Shown here in pieces: positions 13,501 to 25,285 of a stretch of DNA of 64,000 bases. Source of the stretch: Bugula neritina (lineage: Eukaryota > Animalia > Bryozoa). Every line of letters starts with the position of its first letter. Position 1 is the stretch's first letter. The position numbers and the translations under genes are program-made. The stretch covers positions 30,007,504 through 30,071,503 of the forward strand of contig OZ037765.1 of assembly GCA_964035545.1 (NCBI GenBank). The letters run 5' to 3'. The notes beneath the pieces were generated by a model, which saw only the letters and a list, made by a program, of their open reading frames with translations, ran no database searches and was not told the origin of the DNA.

Positions 13501-16500
13501 AAAGTGATACTACTGAATATCCATTGTACTACTTTTCTCTTTTCTATTTCTGCTTGAATGACGTGAAGTATGCATACATCTAGCTATCAGTTCACGAGAT
13601 ACAATGCTCGTAGTCTGACCCTTAGATCATGATGATAACATTATGTATGTATGTAATGATATTCAGGCTCAGTCTGAGTCATATTCACTTTGACTTGAAA
13701 GAACTTCCTTATTCAAATAGCATAAATCTACATAACATGTAATCACGAATAGAGAAGGCGTGTCAGCTGATGCTGAATCTCTCACTGTGATTATTTTAGG
13801 TGGTGACGCTGACTAAGCACAGAGGGCAGAGTAAACCGGAAGATGAACAGCTCCACACACTTCCCTTGTACTGTCTGGATGATACAGACGAGAATGGATC
13901 TCATCTTGGCATACAGCAACGCATTGCTAATGGGGGAATTGAGGTGAGCTTAACATACCCATCAATAGAATTGTACTAATTTGGAAGAAACTTAGTCTAT
14001 ATTAATCAGAGTATTGTCTGCACTACTCCGGCGTGTGATGATAGCAGTCGATCAAGTTCTGCCTGTTTGCTTGCATCTGGGATTTTAGTAGTCAGGGAGT
14101 TGTCTTCCCTATATGTGTAATGTCAATTGATGTCTTCTTTATTGATTTTTGTAGGTGTTGGATGCCTTCTCCCAAGATCAAAGGCAGCGGTCAAAGCCGT
14201 ATAAGAAGCGTAAGAAAGGTACGGAGACCTACCAAAGCCCCAAGGTCAAGGAAGCGTTTATGGAATCAATCAAAAAGCTATCACGTGATAACAAGGAAAC
14301 CTCTACCCTCGCCACCTCTGTCCCTGCATTTAGCAATAAAGAGACGGCAAAACATGACTTGTTCAATACTCGGTTTTTTCAGCAAACAGGTCAACCTGGA
14401 TTCCTGCCAGGTGGGTCAGCCCAGGCCCCTGCTCCACAAGTGGGTCCACAAAATGGTGCTTCATTACAGAGCACTGGTCCACTTCACAACGGAATGTTTC
14501 AATGTGGACCAGCACCAACCGGAGTTCCCCAAAACATGCTACCTCAAACTGGGTCACAGCTTCATGCTGACCCAATCAATCGGGAAAGTGTCACTGCTGC
14601 CGGTGCTGCCTCAAACAGTGCTGTGACTGACCTAGGCCAGCAGCAGAGATTAGACCAGAAAATGTATCCAACTGCTGAGAACTGCAAAATGGAGAAGCGT
14701 GAGGTGGTGGAGAACCCAAATGGCGTCGCCTCATCTACTGGTGCTATTACTGTCGACGTAGATGAGAGCGATGACGTTCTGCAACCACCTAAACCTCAGC
14801 CACCTTCTCCTGAATACGATGACCTTGAAGGTCATAACATACACACAGATAATAGGCATCTGTTCAAGGTTTGTACTTGTCATCTCTTGATTTTGTACAA
14901 ATCCTGACATCAAGATTTATTATGTATTTATCGTCATTTGATTCTTTTTAAACTTATGTTGAGTAATTTCCTGGTTGTCTCAGGATCCGAATGTTGGTGG
15001 GGTTGCGTTGGCCCTCCAACATGGAGCCGTGCTGTTCGAAGTGGCTAAAAGAGAGCTTCACGCTACGACAGCCTTGAAATATCCCGATAGATATCAGCCA
15101 ACTCGAATTAGTCTTGTCTTTTATCAGGTAACTTTTCATTTCTACTGTAATGCTCAAATGACTTTAGAATTAGTTTGCCAATGACACATAATAGTTCTAC
15201 TCATGGATCTGTTTTTCTACTCTGTGTTAAAAATAGAGTGTTCAAAATATCAACTCTTTTTTTGTTGCCAGACTTGTCAATACCTAAAATTTTAAATTTG
15301 GCTATTAATTTTTATTAAAAGTGTGTTTTCAAGTTGCCTCCACATGTACATAATTACTTTGCACACTTATAATTATTACTTGAAGTTTATTTTAGATGCA
15401 TTAATGTTTATCCCAAGTTGAATAGCTTCAGAAATGTATTTGTATTTTCAATCAGCTCTCAACTGAGCTTTAACAAGTAGCAAGGTGTACTCTGTTTCAT
15501 TATTGTATTTCAAGTTGCGCAATAGTAGGTTTAGCTGTCAACAAATGCATAATATATACACATGGTGCACCTGCTCTATAATTTCCTGTATTATGTGTAG
15601 CACAAAAGACTCAATCAAGCTAAACATGGCCTTTATGAGTATAGGAAAGCAGAAGAAGATCGGCAAAAGGCAAGAGCAGCTGCCAAGGCAGCTGGGATAG
15701 AATATATACCAAAGGTCTGCATTTTATTGCTAGTCAGCTAGTCATGGGTCATAACTAGACTAGTCAGCTAGTCATGTGTTATAACTAGACTAATCAGTTA
15801 GATATGTGTCATAACTAGACTAGTCAGTTAGATATGTGTCATAACTATGTTAATCAATTAGGAATATGTCATATAATCTTATGTTTCTTTTGATTTTTAG
15901 GTAATTTTGTTTGACTTTTTCTGGAATTTTGGATATGATTTTGGTTCAAATTGCAATTTTCGATACATTTTTTGTTCTGTGAGTTTGACCTACCACAAGA
16001 CTGTGATCCAAACTTTCATCTGCAGATCTAATTTATTCAAGTATTTGGTAACATAATGTTACTAGGATAATTTATTTTATTCTCTTATTCTCTGTAAATA
16101 TAATTTCTGTCTTGTAGGGGTTGAAATATAAGCAGAAAAGAATCAAGGAGGCTGCACAGAGGAAGTCTAGGTTCTTGGGTCATGCAACTGCAATTTTGAC
16201 TCCCAAACCAAAGTTTCCTGGAGTTAGAAAGGTTAGAATTGTGTTGCAGTAGTTTTTCAGTGATACTGTCTATATGATTTTTCTTTATTATTACTAAGGT
16301 ACATTATTTTAGCAGAAATATTAGGATTTGTGCAAAGTTGCAGCTCAATCACTGTTTATAATGAATGACACACAATGACATACAATCCTACTTATAAACA
16401 CACCGCAGTTAACAACTATTTCCCTTTCCTAGTAACAGTGGCTGTGTTTGTAATGTTATTAATTTAATTATTTCATCTGTAGACAAATAGAAATAAGTTT

Positions 16501-18214
16501 TTGCTTGAAAAAGGAAACTGACTTTTTGTTACAGAAACCGGGAAGAAAACCAGGACGAAAGCAGAAGAAGAAGCTCGATCTGGCAGTGGTGCGCTACTTG
16601 TGGCCCCAAGCCGTCAATCACCCTAAAGTTTCAATGCGGCCCTTTTTTACTACTAGCTGGGTAAAACCCCGCTGTCTGATCACCGGACCGTATCAAAAGT
16701 GGATCTCTTTGCATGAAAGTCCTGTCAAAAACCCAATTGTCCTCGATCCTAAACTTCCGTCACTAGCTTCTTCTCTGCCGTCAACTTCTTCCACTCAAAC
16801 CACATCCACGATTACAACTTCCGCTGCCACCTCAGGCAACCTTTCATCCGCAGTTTCAACTGCTAAAATAAATAGTTCAACAGCAGGTAATATTGCAGCA
16901 GTTAACTCAGTGACTGTGACTTCTAAAACCAATGATTCAACCCCTGGCACCTCGGCAGCAAACAATCCAATGACTAGCATCTCTAAAACCAATAACTCAG
17001 CAACTAGCAAAGCTGCTGCCTCCCAGCTTACAGTCATCAGTTCTTCAAACAACTCGCTGCCTAGCAACAGTGCAGTAAGCAGTTCCGTGATCACTACTAC
17101 CTCTAGGACATGTGTAGAAGTTATCAACCCTGTGACTAGTGCACAGTCAGCACCAACTGCTACACACACCACAAGCTCAGACTTTGCAGTTGGTAATACG
17201 ACTGATCCACTGCCTTCCAAACAGTTGCCTGCTCATTCTAATCTGAAAGCCAGGCTTCCACCATACATTACAGAACCACCACATCTTAGTAAGTTCCTGC
17301 ATACAAACTCCTCTTCACTGCCAAACCAAGATGTCACTAATGGCCAGAGTAAATTACCAAACAGCGGAGTTGTTACAAAATCGAATAAACAGGAAACTGA
17401 GGCAGGCTTACAAGCGATAGACACTCATCTTAGTGAAAGGGAAGGTTCAAGTGCAGGCTTTGCACAAGGTCAAGGTCAAGTAAACTGTGTACCTAGTACA
17501 TCAGGAGCTGCGCTGCCAACTAGTATTGAGAGAACTGGAAGTCAGCAGAGTAAGGTAGAGTCAGTAGCGAGTATCAATAATTGGTTACTTCAGCCTCCAG
17601 TTTCACAGTCAGTAAGCAAGCATTCGAATTTGACCAGCAAGTATCACAATCTATACAGTGAAAACATACAAAGATTGCAGAACAATCATGTCTACCATAA
17701 TGGCCACCAGCCTGTTTCTAGTTCAGGTGGGGTGACTACCCACCCGCCAGCTTATTCAAATATGACCAACAACACTAGGCCAAACGCTACGATAAGCACC
17801 CCGGAATTTACAAGCCCGCACTTGTTGAACAGTTCTGTTAAATCTACAAATCATTGGATGACACAACCTGTCAGACATCAGTTGCCCAGCAACCACATGA
17901 TGCCAAGTGTGACTCAACCCTTGCATCACGTCCCGGGTTCGGCGTCTGTGACTAACTCCGCCATGACACGGTTGCAGATGCATCCTTATGCTACACAATC
18001 CTTACAGTTTCCCTCAGCTGAAGTGAAAAACCCTGCGAAGTATTTAAAATATTCGATGCCTGATTTTGAATTACCCCAGGATGCAATGGCAGCTTTTAAT
18101 GGCTCAAACAATCTACAAAGTACACGACCAAATTCTAATAAACTCGCCACACTTTTAGAAAGTGATAATTCTAATGGAGTTTTGAAGAAATCGTTTCCAA
18201 TGGACTTCACCTAG
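1589..18214 (+). CDS. TET: TET-family methylcytosine dioxygenase with CXXC domain, about 1956 aa. Inferred coding exons: 1589-2680, 3137-3343, 6871-7083, 7246-7312, 7630-8250, 8994-9078, 10163-10256, 10497-10705, 11928-12162, 12999-13136, 13800-13943, 14155-14868, 14984-15127, 15601-15714, 16118-16231, 16535-18214
   Basis: All junctions are GT-AG and phase-compatible (5871 nt, divisible by 3). Motifs: CXXC ([19 protein letters not shown]...CKSRKC), [30 protein letters not shown]...[22 protein letters not shown], Fe-binding DFCAHQHRD (HxD), [19 protein letters not shown] (distal His), [12 protein letters not shown] (2OG-binding RxS) and ITGPYQKW. The low-complexity N-terminal exons are less certain than the catalytic ones. 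Confidence 0.95.
4113..4285. repeat. Minisatellite, about 20-bp unit (ctagttactgtactagttg-like)
   Basis: About 8-9 visible tandem copies. Confidence 0.9.
5964..6191 (+). CDS. Candidate alternative first coding exon of TET (76 codons, [11 protein letters not shown]...ANGVKVCK), giving a CXXC-less isoform
   Basis: The ATG is in gccATG context within a GC/CpG-richer patch. The exon ends at AAG|GTAAGC in phase 0, compatible with the phase-0 exon at 6871. Confidence 0.55.
6167..6250 (+). repeat. 3 x 28-bp tandem repeat, each copy ending in a 5' splice site
   Basis: agccaatggggtgaagg(t/g)ttgcaag|gt(a/g) repeated three times. Confidence 0.9.
6440..6790 (+). promoter_or_regulatory. Candidate internal promoter/enhancer in TET intron 2
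   Basis: CpG-rich patch with a full CRE TGACGTCA (6589-6596), CCAAT (6627-6631), ATTGG near 6460, the perfect palindrome ACATTCCGGAATGT (6649-6662) and a possible donor AAAAG|GTATCT at 6785/6786. Confidence 0.45.
7381..7545 (+). mobile_element. MITE copy 1 (about 165 bp, TA-flanked, about 30-bp imperfect TIRs)
   Basis: The 5' end taggtgcagtaatggagaaattggaaataagcc is an imperfect inverted match to the 3' end ggctatctcaactctctacttctgcattta. Co-linear with 30439-30600. Confidence 0.7.
8274..8741. repeat. Minisatellite, 31-bp unit gtgttgactgttgtgtcactacatgcacaga, about 15 copies
   Basis: Direct tandem copies with no unique spacers. Confidence 0.95.
9626..9639. promoter_or_regulatory. RFX X-box-like palindrome GTTGCTATGGCAAC
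   Basis: Matches the X-box consensus. It is intronic and its function is unproven. Confidence 0.35.
10060..10131 (+). mobile_element. Degenerate 3' fragment of the SINE seen at 45222-45403
   Basis: aagtccttag...ccaggggttttcacagggttggtgactgtaaac resembles the minus-strand aagtccttag...tcaggggtttctcacagggatagcgactataaac. Confidence 0.5.
13208..13390. repeat. Imperfect (AGT)n microsatellite
   Basis: agtagtagt runs. Confidence 0.9.
15728..15848. repeat. 30-bp minisatellite, about 4 copies
   Basis: ataactagactagtcagttagatatgtgtc-like units. Confidence 0.85.
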
Positions 18215-20299
18215 CATGAATTTTTTGTTGTTAGTTTTTTTTTCTAGTTCATTAGTTGCTTTGCTCGTAGAATTAAATCATGAAAAAATAGTTATTTACA
18301 GGTAGCCTTTAGATGGTAAGGTTAAATATTTATGCTAATAGGGAGGTGAACCTGCCATGATATCTTATAAAACCGAAAATATTTCTTTCAAAGTTTATGT
18401 CTGCCTAAATTTAAAATGATGTGTTCACATTTTTATTTATTTTCATTTATTGTGTATGCTAAGGATGCACCCCCCCCCCCACTACTTGTAAGAAATGTGC
18501 TTCATGCTCCTTTTCTTTGAAGTTCTCAAATTAGATCTCCCATTTTGTCACAATCACTTTTAAGTTAAAATGTGTTGAATAAGAATTAAAATATGGTGTT
18601 TTGGGATGTTGCATGGCAATGAAGGTCACCTAGCTATTAGCCTTAAATATTTGCTGTGTTCGAAATTGTAAAAGTATAAATATTTTATTTTAATACTGTG
18701 TAAAAAGTTATAGCTAATTATTTTTCATATTAGTCTTTTGGCAAACAATTCAAATTGCAGTTTTCCATCTATTTTTATGCATAATTGCATAGCTTTTATA
18801 CTGCACTTTCTAGTACTACTTTTATTATTATTACTGTATATTGAGCATGGCTTTTAGTTTTTATTGACATTTTGTACAGATTTTTAACTTCTCAGCATTT
18901 TCAGACTTGTACAGTATTAATTTTGTAGTAATTCATCATCTATAAAACAGATATTGGCCTTCTGCCCACAGTTGCAAATGAATATATCTTGCACAACCAA
19001 TATCTATTAATTGTATCAATGTAAACTCCTTTTGCTATATTATTGGAAAGTAGTTGTAGTTATCTCTGGTAGGTTTATATCACAACATCTTTACTGATTT
19101 ATTATTACATAATTTTCTTAATGAAAACTATAGCAAACTTTCAAGTGATATTGTAAATCATTGGGATATTATGTTATATAAATAATTATTGCTACAGAAG
19201 TTAGTATATATCATCATCATTGTATAGTGCTGCAAGTGTTTTAGATTAGTAACAATTGTATATTATGTTCATGTAGAATTCTTTTTTGTAGTTTTTATGT
19301 CCAATTGAAATATGTTTCATAATTACTGTAAGTAATATTAATTTAATAGCAACTGTTTTTTATTGTTTATATTTATAAAGTTATATTTAAAAGGCATTTA
19401 GTTCGTCATCGAACAGTACTCTCCTCACTTGATGTGGTCTAAGCCCTTCCAGATTTTCTTGCAAAATTTTGCTAAAAATAGGAAATCCCATTGGTGGGAT
19501 TTTTGGTGCTGTGAAGGCTGATCACTAGAGGCACAATGCTTTCTAGTTTTACTAAAGTCAATAGTCAACTATTTTAGTTCTACTCATTAGAAAGCAAGCG
19601 TTTGTAGATGATTTGTTAATGAGTAATAATGTGAGCTGTGATTGTTTTAGACTGTCAATAAAATAATAAATGCAACATGATACATTGCTTTATTTCTTGC
19701 TATGTCATACTGAAAAGAATATGATATGTCTGTAACACGGATGGTGTCTAAGCTTTAGTTGACAAGAAGATTGCCCATGCTGATAAACCAACTTTACGTA
19801 TTTGAAACTCATTAGATGTTAATTGTAAAATTTTGAAACTGTCATGAAATTACAAATCCTGATAATTTTGGCAAGACATATTATTGAACAGCATTGTCAG
19901 AATAGTCTCTCAATTTTTGTCTATGAATTTAAATGGTAAAATGATTTTAAACATCTAACCAATTTAGATATTGCCATTTTTTAGTTGAAGGAAATGGTTT
20001 AAAAGTAGTACGCAATAAATTAATATTTTTCTGATTCTGCTTTTATGGCTTCAAAATTTGTTTATTCTTTCCAAATACAGAACTTAATGGTTGTGAAACT
20101 TTTCTCAGCTGATGTATATAATATGTGCCTCACTCACCAGTAGTTTTAGTTGACTGTTTTTACGAGTTCTATTTTTATCAGAGTGATTTATTTGGCTGGT
20201 GCACATTAGTAGGTATTGAGTCGGTATTGGGTTAGAAACACGAAACTAGGGGACTGCTAAGCTCAGTATTTTCGAAACAACTCTTAATCTCATAGAACA

Positions 20300-20730
20300 C
20301 GCAGTACTAAGATATAGTATACAGTAATAGACTGATAGTATATAGTGCACAGTACTAATATGTAGTAAATAGTATCAGTACATTATACGTAGTATACAGT
20401 GCTAGTATATAGTACTATGTAGTATATAGTACCAGTATATTATAGCAAGTACACATTACCAGTATATAGTACACAGTAGTACTAGCACACTTTAAGCCAC
20501 CAGATATTAACCAATCAACATGCTGATAATATATCGACTATGCAAATAAATATACTTTATATTCATTGGTTGACCATCGGTTATCAAACTTTGACCAATA
20601 GCATGAAATAATTGTATGTGTAGGCAATTTAATAATGCAGTAAAATATTATATACCTATTATTATATCTAATGATTTATTCGTTTCAGCATTCGCATTCG
20701 ATCAGCATTTTCTGATTGCTATTCAGTTAA
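20300..20730 (+). promoter_or_regulatory. Putative promoter of sulfotransferase copy 1 (agtatat-rich repeat, CCAAT, octamer, Inr-like element)
   Basis: ttaaCCAATcaaca (20511), ATGCAAATaaata (20540-20547) and atTCAGTTaatgctt (about 20721) all recur in the same order upstream of copy 2. Confidence 0.5.
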
Positions 20731-20778
20731 TGCTTTAGCAGCAGCATATTTATTACGTACTCTTTACACCTGTCAGCT

Positions 20779-23700
20779 ATGATGGCAATTTCTAGAAGAA
20801 TTATTAAAGTGCTTTTAATCTCAGCATTGATAAGCTTTTCACCATTTTTTATATATCAGTCCTCTTTACACCATTTACTAAAAAGTATACCAGGATATTA
20901 CAAGCTCAACAAAGACTCTGTAGAATATAAGGGAAGTACTAAACAGAACGGAGAGGAGGAGTTGTGGGTACCTGACTGGTATAACCACACAGATGTAGGT
21001 GATGTGCTACACAGGCGTCTACAGACTGTTAGAGAAAGATGCATCGAGTATACTGGCTACAGAAACCAGTGGAAAGAAAAACCTAGAATAAAAAATGCCA
21101 GTTCTGGGAGCATAAATTATTGTTACACTGCGAAAGCAGGCAGCACATTCTGGAACAACTTACTACTAGCTGTCAGAAAAACATCAAAAACAGTAGCAGC
21201 TAAAGGAATTATTGTGAGTTCGTTTGTATTAATTCTTTCTAGGAGCTAAATTTTGGATAGGCCTACTTTTACCGTTTAGTTCACAGTATTTTTACAACAA
21301 AATATCTAGCTATATATAGGCTACTGTCTAACATGATAATATTAGAATAATTATGTATCCAAACTTTATCTCTAAGTTATTTAAAATAACTTTGTAAATA
21401 TTCTATCTTTTAAGCTTTTTATAAGCTGCTGAGTTGCTCACAAATTATAACCACCATGTTTGGAGATTTGTATTACAGAAATGTTAAACAGCGATTCTCA
21501 ACTTATTAGGAACTGAAAAGTTGTCAAACATTGTTGGCAAAGCTCTAAGTTTCGGTGAAAGTATTTTATTACGCAAAATCAGGTCAACTTTTGGACATAA
21601 ATATCAACTCTCTCAAAAAAGTAAATGAATGAAATTGGCTTTCATTGATGAGAAACATGCATATGCATATTCATGTTACAAATTGCTTTTAAAAAATATT
21701 TATCTATAGAAGCTGACAACTATTAGAAACCCTTGGCATCGTTTGGTTAGCACATACATCCAAAAGTTTGACTCAGGTAATGAAGAAATGTGGAGAATGC
21801 ATGCCCACATTATGTGCCACAAAGGCTTTTCTCAAAGGCCATCTTTCAGGTTTTTGGACATTTTTCTACATCTAATGAATTAAATAGACAACATCAGATA
21901 TTTTAGTGAAAACAGCTGCAAAATTTTAAACTATGAATTAAGTTGAAGAGTTTTGAGGGTCTAAAATTTAGACTCTAAATTGATTGTTAGGTGCGGACCA
22001 ACTAGTTTTCATGTTTGTAGAGAGTTTGTGAAAGATTGTGTCTTGGCACGGTGGATTTTACATGAGTACAACACACACTGGTTACCAGCAGCAGAAAGAT
22101 GTGATATTTGTAGAGGAGATTTAGACTTTATAGGTAAGTGAATAAAATTTTATTTGCCAAGTATTGGCCAACAGGGTTGGACAGTGTTTGTATAAATACT
22201 ATTCAAAAATTTGGTTCAGTGGAAATCAGAAGGCAGAATCTTTGCTGAAGCAATCTTTATTATTTTCTAGAAAAAACCTTGAGTGAAGCTTGTGATTACT
22301 GCAGCCTACCCAATGTGCCTTAAAAATACTTGTTAGACAGTTAAAGTCTTAGTTATAATCGGCAGGGTTTTGCGCTACTTTCCCCCTCTTATTTCTATAG
22401 CCAAGCTGAACACTTGTCATTAGCCAGTGACATCAAGTTGGCTAGTGGCTAATCTTCTTATTTTATAAACCAGGTTAAATTACTCCTTTCAAGGGGATGA
22501 ACCATTTTATTCTCTAAGTCTAAGATAACAACTCAGTAGAAAAGCTAGTAGCCAATTAATTGGTTGTGAGGCTTTAGGTTTTAATCTAGAATCTTTTATC
22601 AAGTTTGTGTCATTGACTTTAAGGAATATAAAAGATGTTACATTCAAGGCTGAAACTACTTCTTATTTAGTAAATCAGGTTTTAGTGGAAACGGATTTTT
22701 ATTAAAAAGAAGTAATCTTGTTTACAAAGACTATATACCGTATGATGTACTGGAGTGCATTGTAAACTACTAGCGGGTAAAGAAAAGCTCTAGGCAAACA
22801 ACCTCTATACGTCTACGTATGTTACAAATTATCCCACGTTATAAGTTCTTAGGAAATTAAAGCTGTTGCAGTGTTCTACTGGTTGCAGTGAATATATTGA
22901 TATTTATCGTAAAAACTATTATATCAGCCACAAAGAGAAAATATAGCAGATTAAGAATTAATGGGGAGTTTACTACTTAACATTTGAGCTTTGGCTAATC
23001 AAAACCGACTGCATTTAAGAGTTGGTTTATGCTTTTTATTTATTCTTACAAATAAATAAAGATACTCTTTCAGATCTACAGCAAAATTCATGTTTTAGCT
23101 GTACAGTTTGTACCACCACGGATAGCAGAGGAAGGCAAAATCAAGCGCACGTCACTCGGTTCTGCAGTGCCATTATCATTACTGTTTAAAACTAAAAATG
23201 TTCTGTTATTTTCACTTTAGAGGAACGTTTATTAAAAAAAACATGTAGTAACAGTAGTAACATGTGCTACAAAATTCCGGGTGGACTTTTTTCTATGAAC
23301 TGTAGCTAAGGTGCATGCATGGCTGAGGTTTGTGACTGGAGTACGGAAGGGAGAGGGGGGAGCAAATGAGCAAATCACAATTTATTTCAGTCAAATACAT
23401 GTATATTCCCTCAATGGTGTAATATATAATGATTATCATGACTATCTACTAGTAGAAACAGCGGAGTGTTTTGTATTATGTATAAAATGGCAAAGCTTTA
23501 ACCTCACCAGATGTATATATTAGGGGAGCTTCAACTTGTAGTTTTGTAGTCTTACCATGATGTTTTTGATATTTTACAAAAAGGTCAGAAATGGCTATAT
23601 CTATAGATTTTAGTAACATTTCATCCAACTCTTTGGGCACAAAAACTAATAACAGTGAGCAGGGTGCAATAATCAGGTGGCCCATTATGCCCCGGTCAGC

Positions 23701-25285
23701 GTGGCCCATTGTGCCCCAGATGGCCAAATTGAAAATAAATGTGCTTCAAGGAAAATTTATTTCAGTGTTTGTTGTTATACTAGTTAAGCAATGTAGAGAC
23801 AAGCAATGGCAACAATATTAGTAAAATATAGGTTTTTTGCCTTTGAGTGTAAAAAGTTATAAAGCTTTAACGACATCCTAAAAAATTTACAAAAAGTAGG
23901 TAAAAACAGTTTTTTACTCGCCTTTTCAACACATATGTTCCGCAAGTGTTGAAACTACAAAGGCTGAATAATTATGTCAATATCTTTTTAAGAAAAAAAA
24001 TCACAACTCTAAGTCAATAAGTTCTCTCACAATTTGGCCGGCTTTTTGTACCCCTATGACCATTGTGCCCCCCCTCCCCCCCCTGTTACCCCTATAATAT
24101 AGAGAGCAAACTATTCAACTATATTAACCTGCTACTGGTTGCAGTTCAACTTTAGGACAGACTTAATTTGATCCTTCTGTTTATTGTAGCTGCCATTATT
24201 TCATATAACTACAAAGCATCTTAAGTTCGTACAACTTTTCTGTAAACTACAGCGCTGCAAGGCTTAAAATAGATTGACATTTATTTTAGTTTTGAAAACT
24301 GCTAAGAAGCAATAAGCCTTTACTTTACTTTATGTAAAGATAATTTAATCTGTTTCTTGTCTTTTGAAATTGCTTTTGTAAAAATGTGCAGCCAATTAAG
24401 CTTTTGAGTCAAAAAAGTTCAAGATAGCAAAAAACTATGAAAGCAGAATTACTTGTAACAAATCACTCATGTGGAGCCAATGCTAAACTAATAATTATAG
24501 CCATTATGGGGTGACAAAATGCATTGCATTTATGGCATTTAGGGGCAGTAGTGGCGAAATTGAGATAGTCTAAGTTCTTTAATTTTATTATTTGGGGCGC
24601 AGGTGAAGATGTTTGTAAGAACATAACTTTTTTCGATACTCTTTACCTTTAGCCATTCGAGCACAAAATGCGGCTCATTTGCATTAATGCTCACTTCAAG
24701 TTTCCACATGTAGGAAAACTGGAATTGGACAAGCAGCTGCCCAACAGGCAACTTGGGCTCTCAAATATATATTTAGCACTGTAGACACTGATATTTGCTT
24801 ACAATATTTCTTTTGCATTGTTTTGTTGCTCAAAAGGCCCTCCTCCTTACAACAATACTTGATGTCTTAAAAAATTTAAAGTGGTGCTTACTTTCTTAAC
24901 TATAGCATCCGCAAATTGATGTTAAAATTAAAGACCTCAACTAAAATTCTATTTCATGCATTTTAAAATAAATATTTTATAAATGAGTCGTGGTCTTTGC
25001 AAGGGTTATATATGTGTACACTTTGTAGTTGCTGTAGAAAATATGAAAAATGAATCTATCTATGTTCTCAAAGCTTCAAATGTGTCAAACTATAAAGAAA
25101 TCTATAATGGAATAAGGCAATCAACTATCAGACTGAATGAGAAACAGAAAAAATCAACCAACTATCAAGACTACTACAAGGATTTGGATAAAAAAGATAT
25201 TGAAATGTTAGCTGAACTCTACAGTTTTGATATTTATTTGTTTAGTTACCCAAAATCTCCTTTAATTTTCCAAGTAAAGCCATAA
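20779..25285 (+). CDS. Carbohydrate sulfotransferase (Sulfotransfer_2, CHST8-14/HNK-1ST-like), copy 1, about 314 aa. Exons 20779-21213, 21710-21849, 22021-22133, 25029-25285
   Basis: Type II membrane anchor (IIKVLLISALISFSPFFIY), 5'-PSB-like YCYTAKAGSTFW, 3'-PB RNPWHRLVSTY, HWLP...C..C...DFI and C-terminal LYSFDIYLFSY. Junction phases are consistent. Confidence 0.88.
23342..24088. mobile_element. Degenerate non-autonomous DNA transposon (about 750 bp) in sulfotransferase copy 1 intron 3
   Basis: The G-rich left end (tacggaagggagaggggggagcaaatg) and C-rich right end (cattgtgccccccctccccccctgtta) form imperfect TIRs. Internal cccatt(a/g)tgcccc repeats occur at about 23680-23718. Absent from the paralogous intron. 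Confidence 0.45.
24540..24650 (-). mobile_element. MITE copy 2 (partial, inverted)
   Basis: The reverse complement contains aataataaaattaaagaacttagactatctcaattt, identical to the corresponding part of 30439-30600. Confidence 0.7.

Noticed and set aside
16795-18210. Antisense ORFs opposite the last TET exon
   Set aside because: They are shadow frames of a low-complexity coding exon with no recognisable motifs.
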